Assembly (NCBI GenBank): GCA_903831595.1
Contig: CAIKXY010000007.1
Coordinates: forward strand, 3,944-67,943
DNA: 64,000 bases
Origin: an uncultured bacterium
GTDB taxonomy: Bacteria > Patescibacteriota > Minisyncoccia > Phycocordibacterales > GWA1-40-21
Reading direction: 5' to 3'
The translations under genes were made by a program, and so were the position numbers. This document shows positions 47,823 to 57,322 of the stretch, one piece after another (within the stretch, counting starts at the first letter, position 1; each line of letters starts with the position of its first letter). Under the pieces are notes generated by a model. The model saw only the letters and a program-made list of their open reading frames with translations, searched no databases and was not told the DNA's origin.

Positions 47823-49330
47823 AAGTTATCCACAAAAAAATTAGGAATGGGCTAAGGTGGATGATAAAATATTTTGTAATTATGCCTAAAAACAAAAAAT
47901 ATTTGTTCTTTTTATTTTGCATTTTATCAATCATTATTTCTAATTTTGTATATGTTAAAAAAGTTTTTGCGAGTCCATCTATTACATCATTTTTATTAAA
48001 TGGTGTCTCACAGTCTGCAACTATTAACCCAAATAATGGTGAAAGTGTTTCTATAGAAGTTAAAGCGAGTACGCCGGTAAAATTTACAAGGCTTTATATC
48101 TGCTCAATAAGTCAGGTATGTAATGGAACGAGTGGAAATTATACAAAATATTTTATCCAGACGGATATTTCGGATACGGTAAACAAAACTTGGGATGGAA
48201 AAAATTCTGCTGGCAATGTTGTATCAGAAGGAGAATATAAAGTTATGGCATCGATGGTGGAAGGATCAAATCTTGCAGTTACTCAATTCGGTCAATACTC
48301 GATTTTTATAAATTATTCAATTTCAAGTAGCTCAACGGAAGTAACTAGTACAGCAAGTTCAAGCGATAGTACAACAACATCTACGAACACAAGCACGACA
48401 ACCAATTTGAGCAGTACAACAAGCCCAACAGTTATAACAAGAACCGTTTATGTTTCGGCGCACTCAAGTACAGAAGATTTAAGTAATTACACGGAAAAAA
48501 TAGTTTTTCAAACATCTGCTGGCAGAGAAAGAATGGCTCTAGTTGGCTCTCCTTTGGAATTTGATGCTAAATATTTTTTCTCAAATATAAATCAGTGCAC
48601 ACCAATATTTAGATGGTCATTTGGTGATGGCTTTGATGAACCAGGAAAGAATATTACGCATACATACAAGCACGCTGGCGAGTATCAAGTTGTGTTAAAT
48701 GGAATCTGCGGAGAAGAAAGTTCAGTGTCCAGAACTATAGTAAAAGTAATTATCCCAGAAGTATCAGTCGCACAAATATTAAGTGGTGACATCGAAATAA
48801 AAAATAAAGGAAAAACAGAAATAAATATTGGAGATTGGAAAATTCGTGGTATCGAAAAATATTTTATTTTTCCAAAAGATACAATAATAAGTGCTGGAAA
48901 TAAAATTATTTTATCAAAGGAGGACTTAAACATTAGCTCATCAACGGAAAGAATTGCTTTAGTAAATCCATCTGGTAGGGAAGTCACCTATTTTAATATT
49001 ATAAGCAAAGAACAAGGGAATTCAGTTTTGTCGATGGTAGCGACAACCACACAAGCTGTAACATTATCAGATAATCCAAGCATATCTGTTGCTGATGCGG
49101 AAGTATTGGTTGAACAATATAAAAAGCAGGTTGCTGTATCTCAAATACCACAAAAAACTAAATTAATAAATAATAATAGTATAAATTCATCCGATAAAGA
49201 TAATACTCAAGAAGTTGCAACAGTGGCGGAAGCAATAACTTCTTCATCTACAAAAAGTTTCTGGGCTAAAATGATAGAGGCTCCCATAAATGGGCTAAAG
49301 GCTTTTGCACGAATATTTTACAATTTTTAA
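47819..49330 (+). CDS. secreted protein with PKD-like domain and C-terminal lamin-tail-like domain (hypothetical); likely true start ATG 47882
   Basis: Signal/TM MPKNKKYLFFLFCILSIIISNFV. FRWSFGDGFDEPGKNITHTYKHAGEYQVVLNG is a PKD signature. IGDWKIRGIEKYFIFPKDTIISAGNKIIL is LTD-like. A Ser/Thr-rich linker is present. Confidence 0.6.
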   Translation: MKVIHKKIRNGLRWMIKYFVIMPKNKKYLFFLFCILSIIISNFVYVKKVFASPSITSFLLNGVSQSATINPNNGESVSIEVKASTPVKFTRLYICSISQVCNGTSGNYTKYFIQTDISDTVNKTWDGKNSAGNVVSEGEYKVMASMVEGSNLAVTQFGQYSIFINYSISSSSTEVTSTASSSDSTTTSTNTSTTTNLSSTTSPTVITRTVYVSAHSSTEDLSNYTEKIVFQTSAGRERMALVGSPLEFDAKYFFSNINQCTPIFRWSFGDGFDEPGKNITHTYKHAGEYQVVLNGICGEESSVSRTIVKVIIPEVSVAQILSGDIEIKNKGKTEINIGDWKIRGIEKYFIFPKDTIISAGNKIILSKEDLNISSSTERIALVNPSGREVTYFNIISKEQGNSVLSMVATTTQAVTLSDNPSISVADAEVLVEQYKKQVAVSQIPQKTKLINNNSINSSDKDNTQEVATVAEAITSSSTKSFWAKMIEAPINGLKAFARIFYNF

Positions 49331-49547
49331 TACGCAGAGACTGGTGCTATAATAATAGTCATGTTTAATTCAACATTTTTAAAATTCTTAATCACCTTCG
49401 CTGTTATTATAGGTATAAGCTTCATAATCATGGGGATTACAGACTCTGTTGAAAAAAAAGAAGCTATAAATAATACTGCCGGTATTAATGTAGAAAGGTA
49501 ATACATCTCATTTAAAAAAGTATGGCTCAAATACACCGTTTTCGCTG

Positions 49548-49575
49548 TTGACATTTCTTTGAATTTTGCTAATAT
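49548..49575 (+). promoter_or_regulatory. sigma70-like promoter for the ribosomal protein cluster
   Basis: TTGACA-16 nt-TAATAT, ~50 nt upstream of the rpsS ATG. Confidence 0.5.
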
Positions 49576-49625
49576 GCTTACTCGAGCTCTTAGGAGCTTC
49601 TTGTTTTATTTTACGCAAATAATTT

Positions 49626-49967
49626 ATGTCACGATCACTAAAGAAAGGACCATATGTTGATGAAAATCTTCTAAAAAAAATAGAAGGTAAAAAACCTGTA
49701 GAAACTGGTTCAATAAAAACATGGTCAAGAAGAAGTCAGATTTCTCCAGAAATGGTTGGCTTTGTTTTTGGTGTTCACAATGGTAAACAACACATAGATG
49801 TTTTGGTAACAGAAGATATGGTTGGACACAGACTAGGTGAATTTTCTCCAACAAGAAAGTTTACTAAACACGGAGGTAAAATGCAGAAAGATATTGATAT
49901 TGCAGCAAAAGAGTCAGAAATCGCAGCATCAAAAGCAGCTAAAGCATCAACAGACGCTAAAAAATAA
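49626..49967 (+). CDS. rpsS: 30S ribosomal protein S19 (with K/A-rich C-terminal extension)
   Basis: [19 protein letters not shown]...[17 protein letters not shown]. Confidence 0.9.
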   Translation: MSRSLKKGPYVDENLLKKIEGKKPVETGSIKTWSRRSQISPEMVGFVFGVHNGKQHIDVLVTEDMVGHRLGEFSPTRKFTKHGGKMQKDIDIAAKESEIAASKAAKASTDAKK

Positions 49968-49973
49968 ACACCT

Positions 49974-50447
49974 ATGATGATTACAGCAAATTTAAATGAT
50001 TATAGACAGTCACCAAGAAAGGTAAGATTAGTTGCCAATCTAGTGAAAGGAAAAAAAGTAGAAGAGGCAAAAAATTCTCTAACTTTTTTGGTAAAGAGAG
50101 CAGCAAAACCACTTTCAGATTTGATAGATTCAGCAGTAGCAAATGCATCTCACAATTTTAATATTTCATCCGACAAGCTTTATGTAAAAGAATTTAGAGT
50201 AGATGCAGGTGTTGTTCTAAAGAGAAGAATGCCAAGATCAAGAGGAATGGCTTACCCAATCAACAAAAGAACAAGCCATGTTTTTGTACAATTAGATACA
50301 ATAGATAATATGCCAGCAAAGAAGTCTAAACTTTCAAAATTTAAAGCCACAGCAAAGCCAGTAGCAAAAGCCGAAACAACAGAAAAGAAAGCTGAAGTAA
50401 AAACAAAAGCAAAAAAGGCAGAAAAAGTTAAAGAAGAAACAAAATAA
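49974..50447 (+). CDS. rplV: 50S ribosomal protein L22 (with K/A/E-rich C-terminal extension)
   Basis: Conserved position and SPRKVRLVANLVKGKKVEEA...FRVDAG.... Confidence 0.85.
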   Translation: MMITANLNDYRQSPRKVRLVANLVKGKKVEEAKNSLTFLVKRAAKPLSDLIDSAVANASHNFNISSDKLYVKEFRVDAGVVLKRRMPRSRGMAYPINKRTSHVFVQLDTIDNMPAKKSKLSKFKATAKPVAKAETTEKKAEVKTKAKKAEKVKEETK

Positions 50448-50454
50448 TAAAATT

Positions 50455-51144
50455 ATGTCACATTCAGTTCACCCATATTCACATAGATTAGGAATTATCA
50501 GAGATTGGAAGTCTCGATGGTTTTCTACTGGCCAAAAATACAAAGATTTTCTAAGAGCAGATATGATGCTAAGAGAATATTTGGAAAAGAAAATGAGAGG
50601 CCAATATATTGGTGCTATTGAAATGGAAAGAAATGACAAGACATTTAGATTGATACTAAAAACATCAAGACCAGGTGTCGTTATTGGTAGAAGTGGGGAA
50701 GGCTCAGTCAAACTTCGAAAAGATATAATGAAATTTGCTTCAAGACACAAACTTTCTATTCCAGCAGATTTCAAGCTTGATGTTGAAGAAATAAAATCAC
50801 CAGAATCAAATGCTGCAATAGTAGGGCAAATGATTGCTGAAGGATTAGAAAAAAGATTGCCTTTCAGAAGAGTTATGAAACAAACTGTTGAAAAAGTTAT
50901 GGCAAACAGAGATGTAAAAGGTATAAGAATTTACTGTGGTGGAAGACTTGGCGGTGCTGAAATCGCAAGAGCAGAAGAATTAAAAAGAGGAAGAATTCCA
51001 CTTCAAACATTGAGAGCGGATATTGACTATGCACAAGAAAAAGCCCATATGACATATGGAGATTTAGGAATTAAAGTCTGGATATATAAAGGAGATATAT
51101 TTGCTAAGAAAAGTGGACAAGCCGCTGATACAAAAAATAAATAA
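50455..51144 (+). CDS. rpsC: 30S ribosomal protein S3
   Basis: HPYSHRLGIIRDWKSRWF, KH domain, GIRIYCGGRLGGAEIAR. Confidence 0.9.
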   Translation: MSHSVHPYSHRLGIIRDWKSRWFSTGQKYKDFLRADMMLREYLEKKMRGQYIGAIEMERNDKTFRLILKTSRPGVVIGRSGEGSVKLRKDIMKFASRHKLSIPADFKLDVEEIKSPESNAAIVGQMIAEGLEKRLPFRRVMKQTVEKVMANRDVKGIRIYCGGRLGGAEIARAEELKRGRIPLQTLRADIDYAQEKAHMTYGDLGIKVWIYKGDIFAKKSGQAADTKNK

Positions 51145-51155
51145 TTTTAAAAGCC

Positions 51156-51572
51156 ATGTTGATGCCAAAAAAAGTAAAATTTAGAAAAGCACATACATTC
51201 AGAGAAAACTCTGAAAAAGTTGGTGTTGAAACTAGAGGAACTAAAATTTCTTTCGGTTCTTTTGGTTTGAAAGCCACTTCAGCAGGCAGAATAAAATCAC
51301 AACAAATAGAAGCAGCAAGAAAAGCAATTGCACACACAATGAGCAAAAGCGGAAAGATTTGGGTAAGAATTTTCCCAGACCACCCATATACGCAAAAGCC
51401 AGCCGAAGTTAAAATGGGAAAGGGTAAAGGAGAATTGCAAGGATATGTTGCTATCGTAAAGCCAGGAAGAGTACTTTTTGAGGTAGATGGAGTTGATGCA
51501 GTTTCTGCAAAAGAAATGTTAAGAAAAGGCGGAACAAAACTTCCAGTAGATACAAAATTCCTAGCAAGATAA
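51156..51572 (+). CDS. rplP: 50S ribosomal protein L16
   Basis: MLMPKKVKFRKAHTFR...RIFPDHPYTQKPAEVKMGKGKG. Confidence 0.9.
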   Translation: MLMPKKVKFRKAHTFRENSEKVGVETRGTKISFGSFGLKATSAGRIKSQQIEAARKAIAHTMSKSGKIWVRIFPDHPYTQKPAEVKMGKGKGELQGYVAIVKPGRVLFEVDGVDAVSAKEMLRKGGTKLPVDTKFLAR

Positions 51573-51582
51573 TTTTAATACA

Positions 51583-51783
51583 ATGAATATAAAAGATTTA
51601 AGAAAAAAAACAGCAGGCGAACTAGACAAAGAACTTGGAGAAAAAGCAGTAGCTTTGAGCAATTTCAAATTCGGTGCATCAGGAAGCAAAACAAAAAATG
51701 TTAAAGCTGGAAGAAATTTGAAAAAAGAGATTGCACAAATACTTACAATTTTAAACGAATCAAAAAAAGAAAAGAAAGCATAA
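51583..51783 (+). CDS. rpmC: 50S ribosomal protein L29
   Basis: 66 aa (IKDLRKKTAGELDKELGEK), conserved order. Confidence 0.8.
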   Translation: MNIKDLRKKTAGELDKELGEKAVALSNFKFGASGSKTKNVKAGRNLKKEIAQILTILNESKKEKKA

Positions 51784-51800
51784 TTTTTTAACCAAAACAA

Positions 51801-52052
51801 ATGGAAAAAACAACAGCAAAAAAGAATAATGGAAAAATATTGAAAGGTGTAGTCGTTTCTACAAAAATGAAAGACACCGTGGTTATTTCTATTGATTCTT
51901 TCAAGAAACATCCAAAATACGGAAAATATATCAAGAAACAAAATAAAATAATGGCTCATAATGCAGGAAATACTTGTAAAGAAGGAGAAATTATTCAAAT
52001 TATAGAAACAAAACCAATTTCGAAGAATAAGAATTTTAAAGTTTTAAAATAA
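51801..52052 (+). CDS. rpsQ: 30S ribosomal protein S17
   Basis: KILKGVVVSTKMKDTVVISID...HNAGNTCKEGEIIQIIETKPISK. Confidence 0.85.
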   Translation: MEKTTAKKNNGKILKGVVVSTKMKDTVVISIDSFKKHPKYGKYIKKQNKIMAHNAGNTCKEGEIIQIIETKPISKNKNFKVLK

Positions 52053-52079
52053 AGATTAGAATTTAATTAATACACCAAA

Positions 52080-52451
52080 ATGATACAACCAAGATCAATT
52101 ATAAAAATAACAGATAACTCAGGTGCCAAAATAGGCAGAGTTTTTAAGATTCTTGGAAGTTCAAAAAAGAGATGGGCAAAGATAGGTGAGGTAGTTGTCC
52201 TTTCAGTACAAAAAGCAGAACCAAGAAAAATGGCAAAGAAAAAAGATATTCTTTACGGGGTTATTGTTAGACAAAGACAACCTTTTAGAAGAGCAGATGG
52301 TTCATATATAAGATTTGATGAGAACGCAGTTGTTATTATAGAAAAAGGTAAACAAGATCCAATAGCAGGTAGAGTTTTCGGTCCTATTCCAAGAGAAATC
52401 GCAGAATTAGGTTTTAAGAAAATTGCATCACTTGCACCAGAAATCGTATAA
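52080..52451 (+). CDS. rplN: 50S ribosomal protein L14
   Basis: MIQPRSIIKITDNSGAK...IRFDENAVVII. Confidence 0.9.
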   Translation: MIQPRSIIKITDNSGAKIGRVFKILGSSKKRWAKIGEVVVLSVQKAEPRKMAKKKDILYGVIVRQRQPFRRADGSYIRFDENAVVIIEKGKQDPIAGRVFGPIPREIAELGFKKIASLAPEIV

Positions 52452-52457
52452 GGATAG

Positions 52458-52784
52458 TTGAAAGTAAAAAATACAATAAATACAATGAAAATTAAAAAAG
52501 GAGACAGCGTAATAGTGATCGCAGGAAAAGACAAGGGTAAAACCGGAAAGGTTCTTGCTGCTTTTCCAAAATTAAACAAAGTTGTCGTTGAGGGTGTAAA
52601 CATCAGCAAGAAACACCAAAAAGCAAAAAAGTCAGGTTCAAAAGGCCAAGTTATAGATAAAACTATGCCTATCAACGCTTCAAACGTTATGGTAAATGAA
52701 GCTGGCAAGAGAGCAAGAGTCGGCAAGAAACTTATTGGTGGTAAGTTTGTCAGAATTTCAAAACAAACAGGAAAAGAAATATAA
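52458..52784 (+). CDS. rplX: 50S ribosomal protein L24
   Basis: KIKKGDSVIVIAGKDKGKTGKVL, a KOW motif. Confidence 0.85.
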   Translation: MKVKNTINTMKIKKGDSVIVIAGKDKGKTGKVLAAFPKLNKVVVEGVNISKKHQKAKKSGSKGQVIDKTMPINASNVMVNEAGKRARVGKKLIGGKFVRISKQTGKEI

Positions 52785-52836
52785 AATCAGTATTATAGTA
52801 TAAGTATTTAGTATACAGTATAAAAAAATAAACATC

Positions 52837-53415
52837 ATGATTTCATTAAAAGAAAAACAGAATAAAGCATTTGAATCCTTAAAGGGAGCTTTGGGTTTAA
52901 AGAACAAAATGCAAACACCAAAAGTTGTGAAGGTTGTTTTGAGTTCTGGTACCGGTTCATTCAAAGACAAAAATAAAAACAAAGTTGTTGAAGATAGACT
53001 TACAAAAATCTCTGGACAGAAAGTTATGCTTAAAGTTGCAAAGAAATCAGTCGCGACTTTCAAAGTTAGAGAAGGGGATCCAGTCGGATATCAAGTTACC
53101 CTAAGAGGACACAGAATGTTTGATTTTCTAGATAAGCTTGTTTATGTTGCTTTGCCACGAACAAAAGATTTTAGAGGTCTTACTGCTCATGCAATAGACA
53201 ATATGGGCAATTTTACAATCGGAATGAAAGAAAATACAGTTTTTCCAGAAGCATCAAACGAAGAATTAAAAGATGTTTTCGGATTATCAATCACAATAGT
53301 TACAAATCAAAAAGATAAAGTCTCAGCAAGAGCTTTCCTAGAATATTTGGGCTTCCCATTCAAGAAAGGAGAGGATGCTAAAAGAATTAAGAGCAAAAGA
53401 AAAAAGACCGCATAA
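52837..53415 (+). CDS. rplE: 50S ribosomal protein L5
   Basis: PKVVKVVLSSGTG...GYQVTLRGHRMFDFLDKLVYVALPRTKDFRG. Confidence 0.9.
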   Translation: MISLKEKQNKAFESLKGALGLKNKMQTPKVVKVVLSSGTGSFKDKNKNKVVEDRLTKISGQKVMLKVAKKSVATFKVREGDPVGYQVTLRGHRMFDFLDKLVYVALPRTKDFRGLTAHAIDNMGNFTIGMKENTVFPEASNEELKDVFGLSITIVTNQKDKVSARAFLEYLGFPFKKGEDAKRIKSKRKKTA

Positions 53416-53511
53416 TCGCGGTTTTTTTACTTCTCCTAAAATATGTTTGACATTTGTCAGTATATTTAGTATAAAAACTACATATTAAGTTCTTTTATAT
53501 AAACGTCATTT

Positions 53512-53560
53512 AAGACGAGCTTTTTTGGCCTTATTCCATAGGACTAAAAAAGCTCGTCTT
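53512..53560 (+). repeat. long hairpin at the left border of the GC-rich insertion
   Basis: AAGACGAGCTTTTTT-N19-AAAAAAGCTCGTCTT, a 15-bp inverted repeat directly after rplE. Confidence 0.55.
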
Positions 53561-53617
53561 AATGAGAGCCGCAAAATAGTCAGGGCGAATCTGACAAAAG
53601 ACGAAAGGAGGTGTGCT

Positions 53618-54388
53618 ATGGATAAAACCATGGTAAGCCAAATGTCGAGAGGCCAAGGTCACGAGTTTTTGAATAAACTCGAAGCCGCAGGTCTCAACAG
53701 TCACCTTTGTCAAAAGGTGATAGATTCAAAAAACAATGAGCTCGCCACAAAAGTGGTAAGACTTATTGAACACGGAGGCTTTGAAGCATCAACCTCACAG
53801 AAGAGTGCCCGTGAAATTATGGGTAAAAACTTCTTCGGCACTGAGGAAGCGATAAAGTACTTTGGGGTTAATCCATCAAAGGGACAGCTTGATTTTTTTG
53901 CTGGGGTACCCTTCCCTGAAGAAGTGCTCAGGTTCGTGAAAAATACCCACATTCTTGTTGCCGTTTTCAAGATGTCGGTTTTAGACATTCGCTTATGTGT
54001 CATAGACAAGGGTTTGCTTTTCTTTAAACAGGACTGGTATAACAGCATGGCCTTTGCTAAAGACAAGGGCGAGGTTGGGTGGCAACTGATTCGCAAGACT
54101 CCAGTCGCCGGCTCGATAAACAGGACGTGGGGTTGGCAGAAAGCACTCCTCGCTGAAAACGAGGAAACGCCTACTGCACAGGTGATGGTTTACTCTATCA
54201 TCGGACATTTTCTTGCCAATGGCGAGAAATTGTTCATCGATGTCTACGTTCGCACGTCGAGTCTCGATTCAGTTGGCAACAACGTCAGCGTCGGTATTTT
54301 TGATTTCCTCGGTCTTACCGTTTGCAGTGGACGTGGTGAAAAAAACGGCTGCATCGGGTTGGCGTCTGCTTTTGATACAGCGAGATGA
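53618..54388 (+). CDS. ORFan protein on a GC-rich (~45-48% by eye) island inserted inside the ribosomal protein operon (ORF track start 53525)
   Basis: ATG 53618 is preceded by AGGAGGTG. Codon usage is GC-rich and unlike the flanking genes. No family recognised. Confidence 0.55.
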   Translation: MDKTMVSQMSRGQGHEFLNKLEAAGLNSHLCQKVIDSKNNELATKVVRLIEHGGFEASTSQKSAREIMGKNFFGTEEAIKYFGVNPSKGQLDFFAGVPFPEEVLRFVKNTHILVAVFKMSVLDIRLCVIDKGLLFFKQDWYNSMAFAKDKGEVGWQLIRKTPVAGSINRTWGWQKALLAENEETPTAQVMVYSIIGHFLANGEKLFIDVYVRTSSLDSVGNNVSVGIFDFLGLTVCSGRGEKNGCIGLASAFDTAR

Positions 54389-54398
54389 AGTTTTTCTG

Positions 54399-54456
54399 CC
54401 CGCACCTTTTCGTTTTGTTTAACAAACAATAACGAAAAGGTGCGGGTTTTCTTTTT
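54399..54456 (+). terminator. long terminator hairpin at the right border of the GC-rich insertion
   Basis: CCCGCACCTTTTCGTT-N16-AACGAAAAGGTGCGGG, then TTTTCTTTTT. Confidence 0.65.
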
Positions 54457-54620
54457 ATACAATAATCTTTGACCCCCAACACTATTTTTATTAATCGAGT
54501 TTTTTCTTAATTTAGAACAAGTTTTATATCACCAATTTTAGTTATTATTATGATTTTACAGAAATATTGACGGGGTCAATGAAATATAGTCATCTTATCT
54601 GAATAAGACTCGTTATTTCA

Positions 54621-54649
54621 TTGACTTTCCACTAGGTTCTTGCTAGTAT
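54621..54649 (+). promoter_or_regulatory. sigma70-like promoter re-initiating the distal ribosomal genes (rpsN onward)
   Basis: TTGACT-17 nt-TAGTAT, ~35 nt upstream of the rpsN ATG 54684. Confidence 0.5.
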
Positions 54650-54683
54650 ATTGCGACAAGCTTTTTCAAGCTTTTATTTAATT

Positions 54684-54869
54684 ATGGCTAAAAAATCAGT
54701 AATAGCTAGATCAAAAAAACCAGTAAAATTCGCATCAAGAGTAGTGCGAAGATGTTTCCGTTGCGGAAGAAAACACGGTTACATGAGAGAGTTCGATCTA
54801 TGCAGAATTTGCTTTAGAGAGTTTGCTAATCAGGGAAAAATTCCCGGTGTAAAAAAATCATCATGGTAA
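54684..54869 (+). CDS. rpsN: 30S ribosomal protein S14 type Z (zinc-binding, 61 aa); ORF track start 54651
   Basis: [16 protein letters not shown]...[25 protein letters not shown], with CxxC...CxxC. Confidence 0.85.
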   Translation: MAKKSVIARSKKPVKFASRVVRRCFRCGRKHGYMREFDLCRICFREFANQGKIPGVKKSSW

Positions 54870-55252
54870 CAGATATTATCGGAGACTTTATAATAAGAAT
54901 TAAAAACGCAAATCTTTCTGGCAAGGAGTCAGTTTCTGTTTACACTTCAAAATTGAAAGTTGGAATTGCAGATGCACTCGTCAGAGCTGGTTATGTAAAA
55001 TCATTTTCAAAAAATAGCACAGGCAGAATGCTTGATATTGTTTTGAGTTATAAATCAGACAAAGCTCCAAAAATAACTGGAGTACAAAGAGTTTCAAAAC
55101 CATCAAGAAGAATATATCAAAAATCAGGAGATATAAAACCTTTTAAATACGGATTTGGTACAACAATTTTTTCAACACCAGCAGGTATTCTTTCAAACAA
55201 GGAGGCTGTTAAACAAAAAGTTGGTGGGGAAGTATTGTTCAAAATTTGGTAA
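54863..55252 (+). CDS. rpsH: 30S ribosomal protein S8
   Basis: [16 protein letters not shown].... Overlaps the rpsN stop. Confidence 0.9.
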   Translation: MVTDIIGDFIIRIKNANLSGKESVSVYTSKLKVGIADALVRAGYVKSFSKNSTGRMLDIVLSYKSDKAPKITGVQRVSKPSRRIYQKSGDIKPFKYGFGTTIFSTPAGILSNKEAVKQKVGGEVLFKIW

Positions 55253-55270
55253 ATATTTTAATAAAATACA

Positions 55271-55804
55271 ATGTCAAGATTAGGCAAAAAAGGAATAGAA
55301 ATACCAGCAAAAACCACAGTTACGGTGAACGGTGATGTTGTTACTGTAAAAGGTCCACTAGGAGAACTTTCAAGATCTTTCAAGAAAAATATCATTATTG
55401 AAGTCGCAGGAAACAAGGTTGAATTAAAACCAGTAAAAGACACTTTAGAAAACAAAGCTCTTTGGGGTACTTATTCTTCTCACATTACAAATATGGTTGA
55501 AGGAGTAAACAAAGGATACACAAATAGACTTGTTGTTGAGGGAATTGGTTTTAAAGCAGACATTACACCAGTAGAAATTGTTTTTAAAGTAGGATTTTCT
55601 CACCCAGTAAAAGTTTCAATTCCAAAAAATCTTAAAGTAACTTCAGACAAAGGAATTATTGTTATAAACGGTATTGATAAAGAATTGGTTACAAGTTTTG
55701 CTTCAAGTTTGAAAGCAATAAAGAAGCCAGAACCATATAAAGGAAAGGGGATCAGATTTGAAGGCGAAGTAATCAGAAGAAAAGAAGGAAAGAAGACAGC
55801 ATAA
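55271..55804 (+). CDS. rplF: 50S ribosomal protein L6
   Basis: MSRLGKKGIEIPAKTTVTVNGDVVTVKGPLGEL. Confidence 0.9.
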   Translation: MSRLGKKGIEIPAKTTVTVNGDVVTVKGPLGELSRSFKKNIIIEVAGNKVELKPVKDTLENKALWGTYSSHITNMVEGVNKGYTNRLVVEGIGFKADITPVEIVFKVGFSHPVKVSIPKNLKVTSDKGIIVINGIDKELVTSFASSLKAIKKPEPYKGKGIRFEGEVIRRKEGKKTA

Positions 55805-55850
55805 AAAGTATATAGTATAAGTATTCAGTATATAGTATAAAAAACACAAA

Positions 55851-56201
55851 ATGAAAAGATCAATAACAAAATCATTAAAAATAGAAGTAAGACACAATAG
55901 AATCAGAGCAAAAATCTCTGGTACTTCATTGATGCCACGACTTTGTGTTTACAAATCAAATACTTCAGTTTACGGACAAGTTATTGATGACTCAAAAGGA
56001 ATTACTTTGGCTGCATATTCAGCTGACAAGGCAAAAGGAAAAGGACTTCTAGAGAAATCCGCAAATGCAGGAAAAGAATTGGCAAAACTTGCACAAGAAA
56101 AAGGCATATCAAAAGTAGTTTTTGATAGAGGTGGATTTATTTACACAGGTAAAATAAAAGCCTTTGCCGATGGCGCAAGAGAAGGTGGGCTTAAATTTTA
56201 A
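55851..56201 (+). CDS. rplR: 50S ribosomal protein L18
   Basis: RHNRIRAKISGTSLMPRLCVYKSN...VVFDRGGFIYTGKIKAFADGAREGGLKF. Confidence 0.9.
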   Translation: MKRSITKSLKIEVRHNRIRAKISGTSLMPRLCVYKSNTSVYGQVIDDSKGITLAAYSADKAKGKGLLEKSANAGKELAKLAQEKGISKVVFDRGGFIYTGKIKAFADGAREGGLKF

Positions 56202-56210
56202 TAAATAATT

Positions 56211-56876
56211 ATGGATACAGAAACCACAAAAACAAATATAACCCCAGCAACTCCAGCAGTTGCCGCTCCAACAAAAACTTTTTCATCAAAAAATGTTACT
56301 TTTAGTAAACCAAAACAAGGTTTTGGAGCTGATAGAGCAAAAAATCCAAGAAGAGGAGGACACGGTAGACCAGAAAGGATCAAACCAGAATTTGACCAGA
56401 AAATTTTAAATATAAGAAGAGTTACCAGAGTTACAAAAGGAGGTAAAAGATTGAATTTTAGCGTTCATATGGTTGTTGGAAATAAAAAAGGTTCAGTAGG
56501 TGTTGGAACAGGAAAGGCAAACGACACATCACTTGCTATTGATAAAGCATACAGAAACGCAAAGAAAAATATAATGCAATTGAATCTTACAAAAACAATG
56601 TCAATTCCTCATGATGTTAGCGCAAAATATTGCAGTGGTAGAGTAGTTTTGATACCAGCAAAAGGAAGAGGAGTTTCAGCAGGAAGCGCACTAAAGAGTG
56701 TTATTGAACTTGCAGGAATCAAAGATGTTACAGCAAAAATAATCTCTCCATCAAAAAATAAATTAAACATGGCAAGAGCAGCAATTATGGCACTTTCAGC
56801 TTTTGATAAAAAAAGAAATCCTGTCGTGGCCACAGTTGAAGCAAAAAAAGAAACAAAAGAAGAAGTTAAAAAATAA
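56211..56876 (+). CDS. rpsE: 30S ribosomal protein S5 with ~50-aa N-terminal extension
   Basis: RRVTRVTKGGKRLNFSVHMVVGNKKGSVGVGTGKA.... No rpmD follows. Confidence 0.9.
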   Translation: MDTETTKTNITPATPAVAAPTKTFSSKNVTFSKPKQGFGADRAKNPRRGGHGRPERIKPEFDQKILNIRRVTRVTKGGKRLNFSVHMVVGNKKGSVGVGTGKANDTSLAIDKAYRNAKKNIMQLNLTKTMSIPHDVSAKYCSGRVVLIPAKGRGVSAGSALKSVIELAGIKDVTAKIISPSKNKLNMARAAIMALSAFDKKRNPVVATVEAKKETKEEVKK

Positions 56877-56885
56877 TTTACGACT

Positions 56886-57317
56886 ATGAAAATACACAAC
56901 GTTAAAAGAGTAACAAAAAATAGAAAAACCCAAATCATTGGCCGTGGTGGAAAGAGAGGAAAAACATCCGGTAGAGGAGGAAAGGGTCAAACAGCACGTT
57001 CTGGACACAAAATAAGACCAGAGTGGAGAGACACTATCAAAAGAATGCCTAAATTAAGAGGGTATTCTTTTAAAACAATACAAGAAAAACCAGTAGTATT
57101 AAATGTCGGACAACTCGAAGTAGTTTTCTCAAATGGAGATTCTGTAACACCAACAACTTTGGTAAATAAAGGCATATTAGAAACAAGATTGGGAAGAAAA
57201 CCAAAAGTAAAAATACTTGGCTTAGGAGATATTTCAAAAAAATTAAACATTTCAAATTGTAAAGTTTCAGTTGAGGCAAAAACAAAAATAGAAAAAGCCG
57301 GAGGGACAGTTAAATAA
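56886..57317 (+). CDS. rplO: 50S ribosomal protein L15
   Basis: IGRGGKRGKTSGRGGKGQTARSG. Confidence 0.85.
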   Translation: MKIHNVKRVTKNRKTQIIGRGGKRGKTSGRGGKGQTARSGHKIRPEWRDTIKRMPKLRGYSFKTIQEKPVVLNVGQLEVVFSNGDSVTPTTLVNKGILETRLGRKPKVKILGLGDISKKLNISNCKVSVEAKTKIEKAGGTVK

Positions 57318-57322
57318 AACCT

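Noticed and set aside
49327-49554. 75-aa minus-strand ORF between the PKD protein and rpsS
   Set aside because: It overlaps the TTGACA-16-TAATAT ribosomal operon promoter and has no RBS, so it is probably spurious.
53710-54462. Minus-strand ORFs (71-128 aa) and the plus-strand 54213-54422 ORF inside the GC-rich island
   Set aside because: Higher GC content lengthens random ORFs. They are antisense or out of frame to the better-supported 53618-54388 gene, which has an RBS.
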